Below, piece after piece: positions 25,050 through 39,599 of a DNA stretch of 64,000 bases. Below the pieces are notes generated by a model. It did no database searches. It was not told where the DNA came from and saw nothing but the letters and a program-made list of their open reading frames with translations. The translations under genes and the position numbers were made by a program. This stretch comes from the human T2T-CHM13v2.0 reference genome, Homo sapiens: NCBI RefSeq assembly GCF_009914755.1, contig NC_060933.1. One strand, given 5' to 3'. Within the stretch, counting starts at the first letter, position 1, and every line of letters begins with the position of its first letter.

Positions 25050-25445
25050 TAACTTTTTTTATTCCATCAATATTTATGGAGTGTTTGCTATGTGCTAGTG
25101 CTGTGCTAAGTGCTGGGGATAGAGTGGTGCCCCAGCCTCATGGATCTCACAGCTCTGTGGATGAAATAGACATTAATCAATTATTTACCCAAATCATTGT
25201 GAAAATGCTTCTGTAGAAGGCACTGGTAAGGAAGGACACCACACTATAGAAGTGGCTTTTCCAGGAATTTTTGTTGTTCCTGCTTTTTCAGTAGTCACAT
25301 GTGCTTATTATCTGTCTCTCCCTCTATAGCATAAATTCCATGAGGACAGGGACTCAGTCTGTTTGGTTATTGCTCTATTTCTAGTTCCTGCAATAGTGAA
25401 TGACAGGTGGTAGGCACTCAGTAAATATTTACTAAATGAATAGCT
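25050..25445. mobile_element. L2 fragments (minus, then plus 3' end)
   Basis: ATATTTATGGAGTG...TGTGCTAAGTGCTGGGGATA (-). CCATGAGGACAGGGAC...GTAGGCACTCAGTAAATATTT...AATGAAT (+). Confidence 0.7.
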
Positions 25446-25724
25446 GTAGACTTAGGGCACAGAGGAAGAATTTGCACCTGCTTCTTCAGAGCTGATAGTC
25501 AAATGGGGTGCAGAAGAAAGACATAGCATGTAAGACTCCATGGGATCAGTAGCAGGGTTAGGTACAAAATCAGTTAAACTTAATACTGTGAAAACTGTGC
25601 CTAGACACTGGCATCATGGGGTGGATGTACAGTTGGCATCTTGTATCAAGTAGTGACAGGAAATAGAAAGACAAGGGAACTGGTCATCCATCTCTGAATT
25701 GAGCTTCTTTGGCTCACACAATGT

Positions 25725-26075
25725 GAGTGTGTTTGTCAGGGTAGGCTAACTGGTTAACAAGCAATGCCACCGGAGGGACTCCTCTCCATGCGGTCTTCAG
25801 GGCTCAGGCCCTGCCTGTCGGGTCTGGGGTCCTTTGCTGGAGCCCCCACAGGCAGCTGGCAGGTGAGGGAAGAGAGACCTAGGATAACTCAAATGAGGCC
25901 ACTTCACCCACTCCTTCCTATGTCAGTCTGGAAATAGCCAAGTCATGGCTCATGTTGCATTGGCAAGAACAAGTCACATGGCCTCACCTAGGTGCCAGAG
26001 AGCTGGGACGTGTGTGCCCAAGTAGTGTGTTCAAGAGGAGGAGTTGGTGGGCGATCCATGTCCCTGCCACAGTGG
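25725..26075 (-). mobile_element. Old MLT1 LTR
   Basis: CATTGGCAAGAACAAGTCACATGGCC...GAGCTGGGA...CCTGCCACA. Confidence 0.55.
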
Positions 26076-26359
26076 ATTCAATAAACACATACGGAGACTC
26101 CAGCGCGTGCCAAGCACCGGGATCCCAGCTGACCCGAGCTCAGAGCCCTCCAAGAGAGCGCCATCTAGTGGAGAAAACACATAACATAAATAACTGTGAT
26201 AAGCCTTGCAGGAGGAAGGACCGCAGGCACTAAGTGAGCACGGAAGAGGGAGGAGTAAATTCCGCACAGATTACGGGGCAGGTTCACCGGGCTCAGTCAG
26301 CCTGAAAAGGACTTTAATACTCTAACCGCTGGTGTGCTGGAGATGCCTAACTGTACACC

Positions 26360-26785
26360 AGAGATGTGTGTTTCCTTTGCGATAGTATACACATGTCATT
26401 GGTAAGCAGCTGTCTAGCATGGCGCTCAAATTCACAGCCTTCTTTCACCTGGGTAAGGCCTGAGACGAGTTCTCAGTGGAATGTTAGCCGAAGGGATGAT
26501 GATTACCTCTGGGCCATCCATAAAGAAAAAGGTGTTCCTTCTTCATCCTCTCATTCCTCTTTCATGACTAAATGCTGATGCCCGAGTTGCTTGGTGAGCT
26601 TTATTTGGGGAAGGAAGAGCTGCCACCCTAGTCTCTAAATGACCATGTGGAGCAAATTTACCCCAGAAACATCCTGCTGACATAGAACTACCTCGGACAC
26701 CATGTGAGTGAGAAGGTGTGTCATTGGGTTTGAGGCATTATGCATGTTGGGTGTATTTGTTACAGATATTAGGTGGCTTAATAGA
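26360..26785 (+). mobile_element. Old MLT1 LTR
   Basis: ATGTGAGTGAGAA...TTGGGTGTATTTGTTACAG resembles the MLT1 3' end. Confidence 0.5.
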
Positions 26786-26884
26786 GGTGACTCAAGGGAG
26801 AAGAGCCAGGCAGTAGCCATAGGGCTTTCCAGGTTTAGTAAACAATGAAAACAAAGACTCAGAGGCAAGAAGATACAGAGTCTA

Positions 26885-27836
<952 letters not shown>

Positions 27837-29604
27837 TTACTAGAGCATGAGATTCTAGACTGGGGAATAGGTGCAGGGTGCAGTAGGATGTGAGACTGAT
27901 GTAGAGTTCAGGGCATTTAATGCCAAAAGAGTTGTGATTCTATTACCTAAACCATGGGGAACCATCTAAGACATTTGAGAAGGGGAGAAGCAAGCTCATG
28001 TGCAAGTTTTTGGAATGTAAATGGTGTCAGTATGGAGGAGGGAAAAAAGGAAGATGACAAGTTTTGTTAGGGGCAGGGGTCCCTATAAGTTGTACATGGA
28101 CTGGAATTTCCTGACCCATGTATGCAAAGGCCAGCCCAGGGAGACTGCTGGGGATCTAGTGGCTGTGTTTGCCAAAGGTTGAATGATAGAACAAATAGTT
28201 TCTTTCACACAAAGAATATTTTAATCCCTGTGACTCTATAGTAGGATCAGTCCATGTGTTATTATTGGAAATGATTTCTATTATTAGTTACTATTACTAC
28301 TCTTGGACTGCAGAATGCCAAGGCTTGGGAGGAGCTGGGCTGAGCCCAGAGAAAGAAATGGTCTGTGAAGTTTGCATTTTCCAGAGCTCAGCACACAGGC
28401 ATTCAGCCTTGCAGCTACTTATTTTATGTTCATCCACTCACACCTTGGGCAGTGTTCTTCAGTGTGTGTGAGAAGCTCCACAGCTTTGGACAGTGGTGAC
28501 TGGGTGGGGGCCGTGCCCATAGGGGCCTGCTTCTCTGGAAAGCAATGATGGTGGAACCACAGGGCACAGGCTCAAAGGGTGTGTGGTTATTCAGGCCCAC
28601 TACTGAGTAGCCAGGTGTGTTTCTCAAATATTCTGGGAGAGACAGTGGCAGGAATGCCTCCTTGCCCTCATGATTTGGCATGTAGATTAACCTCACTGAC
28701 TTCTTCAGGCTTCAGAAAAGATGTAAGAACTACCAAAGCAGCTCAGAAAACTCTTGTGTATTAAGGAAACATCGTGGACATTCTCCGAGTGCTGCTCTAC
28801 GCTGGCACTGGACACAGAATCGGGTGGGACGGACGGGGCCCCTTCGCCCCTCCTGTTTCATGTGCATCAGCCAGCAACATTTCCACGTCGGGTATTTTCC
28901 AAGACGGTCCTGAGTCTCTGTATTTTTTTCCTTTTCAGCAAAGATGATTCATTAAATGTCAAACCAAATATGACCTTATTTTAGTACCTTTGTCAGACTT
29001 AAAAAAAAATACCTAGAGATCAGAACAACAAATCCTTTGTCAGTTTCTGAAGTAGGGTCTCATGAGTAGCAGTAATTGTAGTGGTATGTACATAGCAGGT
29101 GGTCAGTAAGTGCTTAAAAGACGCCTAACCTGAGCCACACGGGACCTTCTGGAAGTTGAAGCCAGGCAGCTGCTTCCCAGGGTCTTGTCATCCTGGCTGT
29201 GACACCCTAGGAGCTCCCCTCCAACCTCATCTGTGGGTGTTATGCAATTTCATGGTGCTAAGCTCCTACTGAATTGTTGCAATGTTTGCAATCCCACGGT
29301 GCCCGAGTCTCTCAGTGGCTGTAGGGGGCCCTCATTTAGTCCACCAGCTGTCCTGAATGCGCAATACTCATCAGGTTAAGAGTTCTTCAGAGGATCCTTG
29401 CCCTGCCCTGAACAGCAGTGGCTTGGACATGATGAATCAATCTTCTTGGAAGCTGCAGATGGTCAGACTTCTTTCCAGACTTCCCTGGAGGTGGAGCCGA
29501 TTACCAAAGATAACTGGCTTTCTCTGGCAGGGAGACCTGTTTCCCACTATGGGCAAATCTGTGGGCCTCAGAACTCTTGCACACATGGGCCTTTGTCATG
29601 AAGA

Positions 29605-29752
29605 GGCAGCAAAGCAGAGTAAAAAACTTTTGAGGCAGGCAGGCCTAGGTTTGAATCCAGGCTCTGCCATTTACTAGCAATGGTGCCTAATCCATTAACC
29701 TCCAAGCCTCGGTTTCCTCATAAATAAATGGAGACAGTAATGATAACCACTT
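29605..29752 (+). mobile_element. MIR
   Basis: CCTAGGTTTGAATCCAGGCTCTGCCATTTACTAGC...AAGCCTCGGTTTCCTCAT...AAATGGAGA. Confidence 0.8.
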
Positions 29753-30124
29753 GTATTAGGATAAATATTGCTAGGTACCATAACCAGCAAACTTAAATTT
29801 CATATTCTTGCCATGAGAAGATTCTCATCCCTGCGAAGTCTAATGTGAATGCTTTTGATCAGCAGCTCTCTTCGTGTCTCCTCTAAGGGAAATAGTTCTG
29901 AGGTCAGGACTCCTTCCTTTGTGTGTATCTCCCACCTTCTAGTGCCTGGGAGTCTATGTTTCCAGCCCTGGAAGAGGCAAGGAAGATGGGGGGTTGAGGT
30001 GTGGAGAGAGAGGGACAGAAAACACAAGCATTCTTGAAAAGATGGTCAAGAACAAAAGCTGTCAGGATCTCTGCTCGCAAGCTGTGCTGAAACACAAGAG
30101 ATTAATGAAGAATTGTCTCCTAAT

Positions 30125-30244
30125 TCTTGGTAGCTGAAATTGGCCATGATGGGAATATTTACACCACAAAAATTGGCAAGTGCTACAAATCAGGGCTTTT
30201 CCCCATAGAGAGCTGGTTGTTAAACATTTCCAAGAATGTCATTG
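30125..30244 (-). mobile_element. MER63-like hAT DNA transposon fragment
   Basis: TTGGTAGCTGAAATTGGCCATG...TATTTACACCAC...GCTACAAATCAGGGCTTTT...GAGAGCTGGTTGTTAAACATTT. Confidence 0.7.
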
Positions 30245-32769
30245 GTCCCCTCCGGCTCTGAGTTGTATGGGCATCTCTGGGTTTGAGCTCTCTCCTCAAA
30301 CCCCTTGTGTCAAATGACATTTGAGAAGGAGGTGATCCTGTTTCGAAGCTCTTTCATGAAGTAGTCTCTATGGAAATTGTCATAGAACAGTGTCCTTTGC
30401 CAGGATTCAAATTCAGTTCTGCCAGCCTCTAGAGGCTGGGTATTTTTCACTAAGTCATGCTTTGTTTCAGTGACAAAGTCTAGAGCTTTGCCCATATCAT
30501 AGAAACATGACATCCCACATTCTCAACATGGGAAGTAACATTTGGAAGGTCAGAGGCTCTCTCCACTTGCTCTCCCTAATCCTGCCTCAAGTCTTTGTCC
30601 ATTCTTGACCTTTTCTCATGCTGCTAGAACTGAGAGATTTTGTGGAGCTGAGAAGGCTTGACTAAAAGGGGATCTCCCTTACAGCAGCCCCAGAACAGAA
30701 GAGTTGTCTTCTAAAATTGATTCTTAGTCATGCACAGCATGCGCCCATGCACATGCCCTGTTTCCTAATATTAACATTTCCTACTTTTGCCATTTTCTTT
30801 TCTGAGACCCCTGGGAACCATTAACAGGGTTTTCCTGCTACCCAGGATTTGCAGGAGAAGGCAGATGGGCCCAGAGCGGCCCAAGTGACGTCTGGAAGCA
30901 TGTGATAGAATTTGCTACTGGAACTCCAGCTTTTCTTACCTGTGGCGAATATTCGTCATCATTTCCCAAAATAGCACAGACAGAACAAAGACTTCTCTGG
31001 GTCTCCAGGCTAGCCTTGGCCCGGGTCTGTGTGCACTGGAGGACTGGGCTGGGCAGAGGGCTTAAGGTTAGCTTCACTCCTCGTTGCAGTGGAAGAAAGG
31101 CAGGGTTCAGTGCATTTTTGCTTGTTTTTACAAACTCAGTGGGACCACCTCAGCACCCCGCCCTCCCCCAGTTTTCACTCAGACCTTCCCCAGACTCTGG
31201 AACACAGCCGCACACAGCCACAAGCTCCAGGCAGCAGTGGATGAATGGCAAAACCTGAAATGATGTCAACTGCTTGCGCCGAAGCCAAGGAAAATATGCG
31301 GGGGCCCTTGGTGGCTTCATCCCGGTGCTTGTTGCAATGCAGCTGCGAGTCATAAGTTTTCCTTCCGAGCAGACAGAGTACCACACATCTGAATTGGATT
31401 CTGAACCTAGCATACACTTTCTGACCTCTTGCAGCCTCCCCCTGCTCCCCAGCCTCCTTGAAGAACTCAAGTTCTTTAGGATAAAGTCAGAGACAAATGT
31501 GGGGAAGAATGTGGGGTGGCTAGAGCTGGTGGTATGTTGTAAGTGTTTGGGGGAAGAGCTTAAAGTCCACAAGGCGTGGCAGTAGGGATGGGGAGGAAAT
31601 ATGACCAGGCAGGGCAGGGGACAGGAGTGTAAAAGATCGAATTCCATCACCAAAGTGACTCCAAGAGTTGAGACAGCTGTTTTGATAACTCAGGACCTTA
31701 AGCCAATTCTCTGCTGATTTATAGAGGTTTTTACATTTTGTTTTGTGTTTTGAAGAGGCAGAGGCTTGAGTTGCCTAAAATCATTGTTCCAATCTTCCAA
31801 TTGATTCTAACCATGTAGAATCAAGCCAGAGGGTTTCTGAAAACTTCTAGCCATGGAGACACAGGACAGAGCTGGAGGCCTCTGAGGGCCCAGAGCATCC
31901 TTCAGGCTGCTTGATGGTGGAACCATCTCCATGGTCAGTAATTCTGCTTTTGAATCAGAATCACACAGATGCAGCCCTAGGGGAATATTGTAAGTACCCA
32001 AGCAGTGCATTTTATGGATCAAATGACAAGTTGGTGGAAGCCTTATTATTTTTCAGAGTCCAGCAAGGCCTTGGAGCCTGGGAGAGGGAGCGGTTAAGCA
32101 TAACTCCCTGGTTGCCTCCTGCTCCTCGTGCTCCTCCTCCTGTTCCTCCGCCTCCTCCCCGTCCTCCCCCTCCCAGCTGTCTCTTTCTCCCTTGACCCTC
32201 TGTAAATTGCTCCAGCCAAGTGAAGTTTGGAGAAAGTAGGGTGTGACAACATGATGGGATGCAGGGCCTCTCCTCCTCCACACTGACTGCTGGGGCTGGG
32301 CTGGACACAACCAGCCATCTCCAGAACAATGCCTCTCCCTCTCTTGCTCCAGCCTTGCCATCGCTGATGCACAGCTTTCATTTTATGATTGTTTTTATAC
32401 AGCAAACACTTTAGGGGGCAAAAACACCCCCATGGCTGCCAGCCATACCACCTTGCGATTGCAGTAGCAAAGTAGGACTCTGCCTGATTGGTGGGTGCTA
32501 CAGAGTCCCCCTGGGGTCCTACGTGCTCTGAGTCAGCGGGCCCGGTGGCTCGTGTCCTGGCATCCTCTCTTCTGAGTCTCTTGCCTCTGTGAGAAGCAGA
32601 CGGGGCTTCAAGTCTCCCCAGGAAGGTATAAAGATGAGCCACAAAGTCAAAAGACCCAGTCCATATTTGAACCTCGAACACCCATTCTCTTACACCAAGA
32701 ATAAAATTAAAATAGCTTAATAGCTACCAGTTTCCAAGAACACAGAGAGTGCTCCCAGGCTTTAGCTGT

Positions 32770-32965
32770 CATCATTATTATTAATGTACCACTAGGCACT
32801 GTCTTCGTGCTTTCCATATGTTTTCTCGAATCCTTACACTAACCAAGCAAGAAAGGTACTTTTATCCTATCTTAAAGATTTGTCTCAGAGAAGTTAAGGA
32901 ACTTGCCCAAGGTCACAGAGCTAGGCAGTGTTTGAGGCTGCCTGACTCCAAAGTCTAAGCTCTTT
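32770..32965 (-). mobile_element. MIR
   Basis: CTCAGAGAAGTTAAGGAACTTGCCCAAGGTCACAGAGCTAG...CTGACTCCAAAG. Confidence 0.8.
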
Positions 32966-33646
32966 GTAGGAAAACCCACAGCCTCCTAATACTTTTCCTC
33001 TGTCTCCTTTTTTCTGCCTCTTTGGACTCTACAGGGACTGACCACAAGTAGGGCTAGATCCTCAGGCTCCACTGGGTCCTTGGCTTCCTCTTGGAGAGGA
33101 ACTGCTTCTTTGCTTCTCTTTCCCCTCAGCCTGTGCACTGGCCTCTGGGACTCTTAAAAGAACCCCTGGCATGTTTCCGAGTGGCAGTGCTGTGAAGAAG
33201 GATGGTCTTTGCAGAAAATGCCCTTTCCGATGCTCCTCATGGAGCTGGTGAGAATAGCACTGAGGAGTGGGAATGGTTTGAAGCTCAGAGTGTTGCCTCC
33301 TGGGAGCAGCCTTCTCCGCAGAATGCATCTCCAAGGCCTCCCCATCTACACTGGGTGGTAGGATCCATATGACTCCAGGAGGCTTGGCAGGCCAAGCTCT
33401 CACAGCTGTGGGGGCAAGGGGAGATGGCCAGGAAGGAGGAAGAGGCCATGGAGTCCATCCAGGACCCCGAAGCCACAGCTACTGGAGCCAACCTGGACTT
33501 CCAGGTTGGGTGATCCACTGAGAAGCAGAGCGAGAGAGAGACAGAGGGAAAACTCTGTGACTCCAAGATCTGTGGGAAGAAAGCAGATGCCCTCACCTGC
33601 AGTAGGCCCTCAACCCCAGCATTCTCTTCTCTATGATGTGGGCTTC

Positions 33647-33648
<2 letters not shown>

Positions 33649-33694
<46 letters not shown>
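33649..33694. repeat. (GT)23 microsatellite
   Basis: Direct read. Confidence 0.97.
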
Positions 33695-33697
<3 letters not shown>

Positions 33698-34221
33698 CAT
33701 GCACGCGTGTGCTGTTACTGCTCCCAGGACTCAAATCTTCCATGCCTGGAATGTGGAGCCAGGTGTCTAAGATAGAATCCATGACGTTGTCTGGTGGGAG
33801 CTAGACAGGGCATCTCCAAAGATCCAGAGTAGAATAAAGGGACGATTGCAGGCATGCATGAATGAATGAAGAGATGAGCTAGGAGATCTAGTTGGTCTAC
33901 TCTGGTCTCCTCTCTCCTTTCCACAGGCTACCTACATAGCCCTGTCTTGTACTTTCTAATTGAACAAAAATTGGATCCACCTATGAACAACCCTCAGATA
34001 CTGTATCCAGGGTCATTGCCGACGTGAATGCCAGTCCCATGGCCTATTCTAGGTAGTCTGTGGGGAACACTAGGCTGGAGACAGGAGGCCCATATGTGAA
34101 TGCCAATTTGGCCCCCAGTAATCTGTGTGACCTTTGTTAGGCCTCTTTGCTTCCTTGGGAATTAGCCACTGGCTCTGTCAAAGGAGGGTGGTCCTGGTAG
34201 AAGGACTATTGTAAAAATAAA

Positions 34222-35015
34222 TCAATAAAAGAAAACAAGTGTTGGCAAGGGTGCGGATTAAAGGGAACACTTGCACACTGTTGGTGGGACTATAAACTAG
34301 TACAGCTATTGTGGAAACAGTATGGAGTTTCCTCAAAAAACTACATATAGAACTCTCCTATGATCCAGGAATCTCACTGCTTTGTAGCCGAAGGGTATGA
34401 AATCAGTATGTCAAAGAGATGTCTGCACTTCCATGTTCACTGCAGCACTGTTCACACCAGCCAAGACATGGAATCGGCCTAAGTGTCCATCAACAGAGGG
34501 GTGAATAAAGACAATGTGATTTATATAATGGAATACTATTCAGCCTTAAAAAGGAAATTGTGTCATGTATGACACAGATGAACCTAGAGGACATTATGTT
34601 AAGTGGAATAAGCCAGGCACAGAAAAACAAATACCATATTATCTCACTTATACGTGGAATCTAAAAAATTCAAACTCACAGAAGGAGAGAGTAGAATGGT
34701 GGTTAACAGAGGCTGAGGGGAGGGGGCATTGGGGAGGTGTTAGTCAAAGGGCACAGCATTTCAGTTAGATAGGAAGAATAAATTCAAGAGATCTCATGTA
34801 CATCCTGGTGGCTATAGTTTATAACAATATATTGTATACTTGAAAATTGCTAAGAGGGTAGATTTTAAGTGTTCTCATCACAGAAAATGACAAATTTGTG
34901 AGGCATGCATATGTTAATTCGCTTGATTGAGCTATTTCACAATTATATACATCAAAACATCATGTTGTACGCCATAAATATGTATACTTCTATGTCAATT
35001 TAAAAAACTTTTAAA
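34222..35015 (+). mobile_element. L1MA-type 3' fragment (ORF2 end and 3' UTR)
   Basis: AAGTGTTGGCAAGG...GGGAACACTTGCACACTGTTGGTGGGA...CTTGAAAATTGCTAAGAGGGTAGATTTTAAGTGTTCTCA...CATCAAAACATCATGTTGTAC. Confidence 0.92.
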
Positions 35016-36068
35016 GAGGGTGTGGCCTAGGTGATCTGCTGGAGCCCATCAAAATATGGTGGTCTGTAAGTGGCCTTTGCAGGTGCCCACGGCCATCACA
35101 CACTTGGCCTTCGGTGCAGAAGCCACAGTCACTGAAAGCCACAGACTCCTCAGAAGCTGTAGTTGAATTATCAAGTATCTGCCGCTCAGACCTTAAATCT
35201 TCCAGCTCATGGCAGGGTGACTTCCAGTCCTGTGGGCAGCCCTGTCCTCAGAGCCATAACCAGAGAGGGAGGGAAGAGGGATGGAAGTTCAGGATGAGGA
35301 ACCCCCAGTGCTGGAGGTGAATTACGGGACAGACAGAGGCAAGGAAAGCCAGGGCAGGCAGGGAGGGAGGAGGAAAATGCAGCTTTCTTGGGCTAGGGAC
35401 CAACCAAGGACAAGAGGCTTTTTAGTGCTGCGGGGTCCCCCTCTCTCCCACTCTCTGACTCCTGTGATAGTGACCCCGGGAGGCAAGGGCGAGAAGGGGA
35501 GCTGGAGTCTCTGATCTCTGTCAGTGGCTCCATCCTGAGCTGATGATTCCAATGATTTAGTGATGATAACAGTCAAAGAAACTCCCGAGGTAAGGCACAG
35601 CTTACCAAACAGCCTCGCTGGGAGTTTAGGTCAGGGAAGGAAACAGGGTCTGAAAGAAGAAAGGCCAGGAGAAAACCTCTGCAGGCCAGGCTGCGGCGAG
35701 GGAGAGGGGAAGCCAGTATCCACCCACCAGCACACAGACCGTGAATCATCTCCCTGGTGAGGGCCCAGGAGCTGCAAGGATGGCAGGGGAGAGAGGCCTA
35801 GACGGCTGGGGGCCTACAGGTCAGTCTTTTGCCCCCAGAATAGCAGGTTTCAGGCAGGCTCCACTCCCAGAGCTGGTACTACCGAAATTGCATGCTGCAG
35901 GGTGAGGAGCAGGTCTCCTGTCCTCCCTAATCCCCAGTCTCCTAATAATGTTCCTGCAGGCATCTGCAATTTCATCCAGGTATGGAAGGCTTTATTATTT
36001 AGGGAATTATTCATACTTTTATTGTGCACATACTGTGTCAGGAATCGTGATCAGTATTTTGTATATAC

Positions 36069-36497
36069 CGTATTAGTTCTCCAGAGAAACAGAAGCAATA
36101 GGGGTATGTATACATATATATATATATAATAAATGATAGAGAGGTAGGGAGAGAAAGAGACATTTATTTTAGGGAATTGGCTCATACAATTGTGGCAGCT
36201 GGCAAGTGCAAAATCTGCAGGGCAGGCCAGGGGGCTGGAGACACAGGGAAGAGTCGATGTTGGAGTCTTGAGTCTGGAGGCAGAATTCCTTCCTCTTCAG
36301 GGGACCTCAGTGTTTTCTCTTAAGGCCTTCAACTGATTGGATGAGGCCCACCCACACTCTGCTTTTCTGAAAGTCCACTGCTTAAAAAATCCGTCAATCT
36401 CAAACAGACCTTCACAGCAACATCTAGGCTGGTGTTTGTCCAAACAACTGGGTGCCATAACCTAGCCAGGCTGATGCATAAAAGTAGCCAGTGCACA
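36069..36497 (-). mobile_element. MLT2 (ERVL) solo LTR inserted into a MIR
   Basis: TTCTCCAGAGAAACAGAA...AATAGG, GGAATTGGCTCA, CCTTCAACTGATTGGATGAGGCCCACCCACA and CCTTCACAGCAACATCTAG. MIR sequence flanks both sides (about 36010-36068 and 36498-36680). Confidence 0.88.
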
Positions 36498-39128
36498 TAC
36501 TTTACCTCTCTTAATTCTCACAGCAACCACGTGAAGTAGGCACTACTATAATCCCCATTTTCAGGCTAGAGAACTGAGACTAATGAGGGCTGACAAGTTG
36601 CCAAAAATAACACAGCAAGTAGGTGGTAGAGCCAGGACTCAGATTGAGGATTGTTTAATACTGAAGACCACCCTCAGCCAACGCACCGCACACCTTCCTT
36701 GGCTTTAGTCCCAGAGACCCTGTTTGAAAACACATACACTTGGGCAGAATCGCACACTAAATAAGTAGTGAATTTCGAATGTTTTGAGAGTATCTCTGAT
36801 GAGTCAGAAGTGCGCTAGTGAAACAGTCTGGCCAATCATCTTTTGCCCCCTGGGTCAGCACTTTTCAGCGCTTCTCATCTGGAGCGCCCTCATCTCACTG
36901 GCATGAATGGGCACGCCTGGCATTTGGGGCGATACACAGCACGCTTGTGGTTTCTTTGTTCTTTCATATTACATGCCACAAACACTTTCCTGCTCAGATC
37001 ATAGCCTCTCTGAGACCCTGCCCAGAAGTTCATTTACTCAGGAATCCCCAGCAGGCTTCAAATTGGATTTGGGGCTTCTACTGTCCCAAACCAATCAGCA
37101 TGGTTGTCTGAGATGTGGGGTTCCCAGGAACTGGAAGCCAGGGTGCACATCAACCTCCAGAAGACCAGGCCATCAGCCTCCTCCTTTCACTGCCAGAGGT
37201 CCAAGACCCCACTACTCAATTGCCTGCACTTGGAAACACGGGCATCGTTCTAACTCCAAGTCAGAAGTAAAGAGAGAAAAGGAAGAGAAATTTCGATTCC
37301 CATGAAGAACCTTGAGAAATGAGGAGCTCGAATTGAAAAGCAAAACTTTTTTCCAGCTTCAGGCTCCCTGGAGAAGGGAGAAAAACCCCAAAAAAGCGAG
37401 GCGAGAGAGAGCTCCTTGACTCTATGCCTCAACTGTCATCTGCCAGTGGTTCCTCACATGGCTCTGTCTCTCCCATTGGCCTCCAGGCCTCTCCCCTCTC
37501 TGCTTCCACCTCCTGGATAGAGCTGGATGAAAAAGGTCAACAAGATGACCTCGCTAATTCTTATCAGCTGATGTTCTCTGACTGTACGTAAACACAAGAC
37601 AAATGGTTTCAGCCACTACAAATCCTGACCCTGACATGCCCCAGACCTAAAGTCAAGCATGCACCAACACCGAGACTCCCACACTGTTTCTCTTGTGGAA
37701 GAAATCTGTCTAGTAAGTTCCCTTTCCTCTGTGTGAGAGGGAAGGGAAGGAGAGAAACCAGCCCGCTTGCACACAAAGCCTCACATGCTGAAGGCCTGGG
37801 GTTCACTGCTTTGCTAGGTACCCCCTGTTCAGGCACCAGCCACCAGGTCTTACACAGCATTTGCTCCCTGGTTGTGCCACAGACTGGTTACAGGAAGAGA
37901 AAAAAGGCAGACAGATGTTGCTTCTCAGCTTTCAGGTTTTAGGAGCCACTGGCTCCACAAGATTCGAATACCACAGGTGTTTCTCAGCTGGAGCCAAGAT
38001 GGTCAAGTTGCAAGGGGAGACAGAACCTCATTATGATCAGAGATGTGAGATCAGAGGTGATGCTGTGTGGGCTTCTTGAAGTGACTACTTAGGCCTGAAT
38101 GAGTCAGTTGACCAGTCTCGTCCTCTGCATCAAAACATGGGTTTCATTTCTTTTTTTTTTTTTTTTAAATCAGAGAACTGATTAAACAGCATTTTATTCC
38201 GATAGTGATGTCTCTAAGAGGATCCCTCTGATCACAAGATCCACGCTCCAGGGACCATCGGTTAGGGGTAAGCCAAACATAAAATAGAGGGTGCCCCGTG
38301 ATGGCCAGCTGCCTCTTACTGCCACGAGTTGGGTTCAGCCGGAAAGAAGGACATTTGGCCAAGGGGAAGACCCACTACGGACATTAGTGACAGGTGCTCT
38401 CTACGCTGATGTCAGAGGAAAATGTGAAGGAAGGAGAAAAATGTCTTTCAAAACAAGTAAATTCTAAAGAAAATTGTGTGAATGGGAAGGTTGATACCTG
38501 AGCCAAATGTTCCAGCCCAGAAACACATGGGTTATGTTGGAGGATGGCAGGAAACTTACATTTCCACTAATACTGGGAAAAGGCGGCTCTATCTTATGGA
38601 TATCAGTTGCATATTTTTAAGGTCTCTCCCTCCCTTCCTTTCTTCCTTCTGCTTTTCTGCCTTCATGAAAATAGAACCATATCTACAGTGAAGTGTATAA
38701 TAGTAAGCAAAACTGCTTAGAGTGGGTCTTGAAATTCATGCTTGAATCTCCATGTTATAGGACTAGGTCACCAATCTTGGAATATGTTGGTTTGGATTCT
38801 CTTTGTGTGTGAGTCTAAGAAGCAGAACTTAAAGCTAAATTGAGCATGGATAAATTAGTCAAATCCCCTTACCTTTCAAAAGGGAGGAAATCAAGACCAG
38901 AGAAGTTAAGATTCTTAAAAATCATCACATAGACAAGATGAGTCCTAAAGTCTGAGTTTGGAAAAGTGATACCAGTTGCAACTGCAGATTGCGGGGGAGA
39001 AAGCCCTCTTTTTCCTGGTGAAGCGTGAAAGCCTTTCAGAGCCCTCCACTAGCCCCATGACCTTACTTCCTTTTGTGGGCGACTTCCCTTTCTCTCTTTG
39101 TCTCTTTCCTTCCAGCCTCATGCTTTGA

Positions 39129-39552
<424 letters not shown>

Positions 39553-39599
39553 TAATTGGGAAGGCCCTCAGAAATATTTGATCCTCCCTTTGAAAATGT

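Noticed and set aside
32012-32681. Overlapping ORFs with Pro/Gly/Glu/Arg runs
   Set aside because: They are produced by a CCT-rich low-complexity tract (about 32110-32195) that lacks stops in several frames. No recognisable domain.
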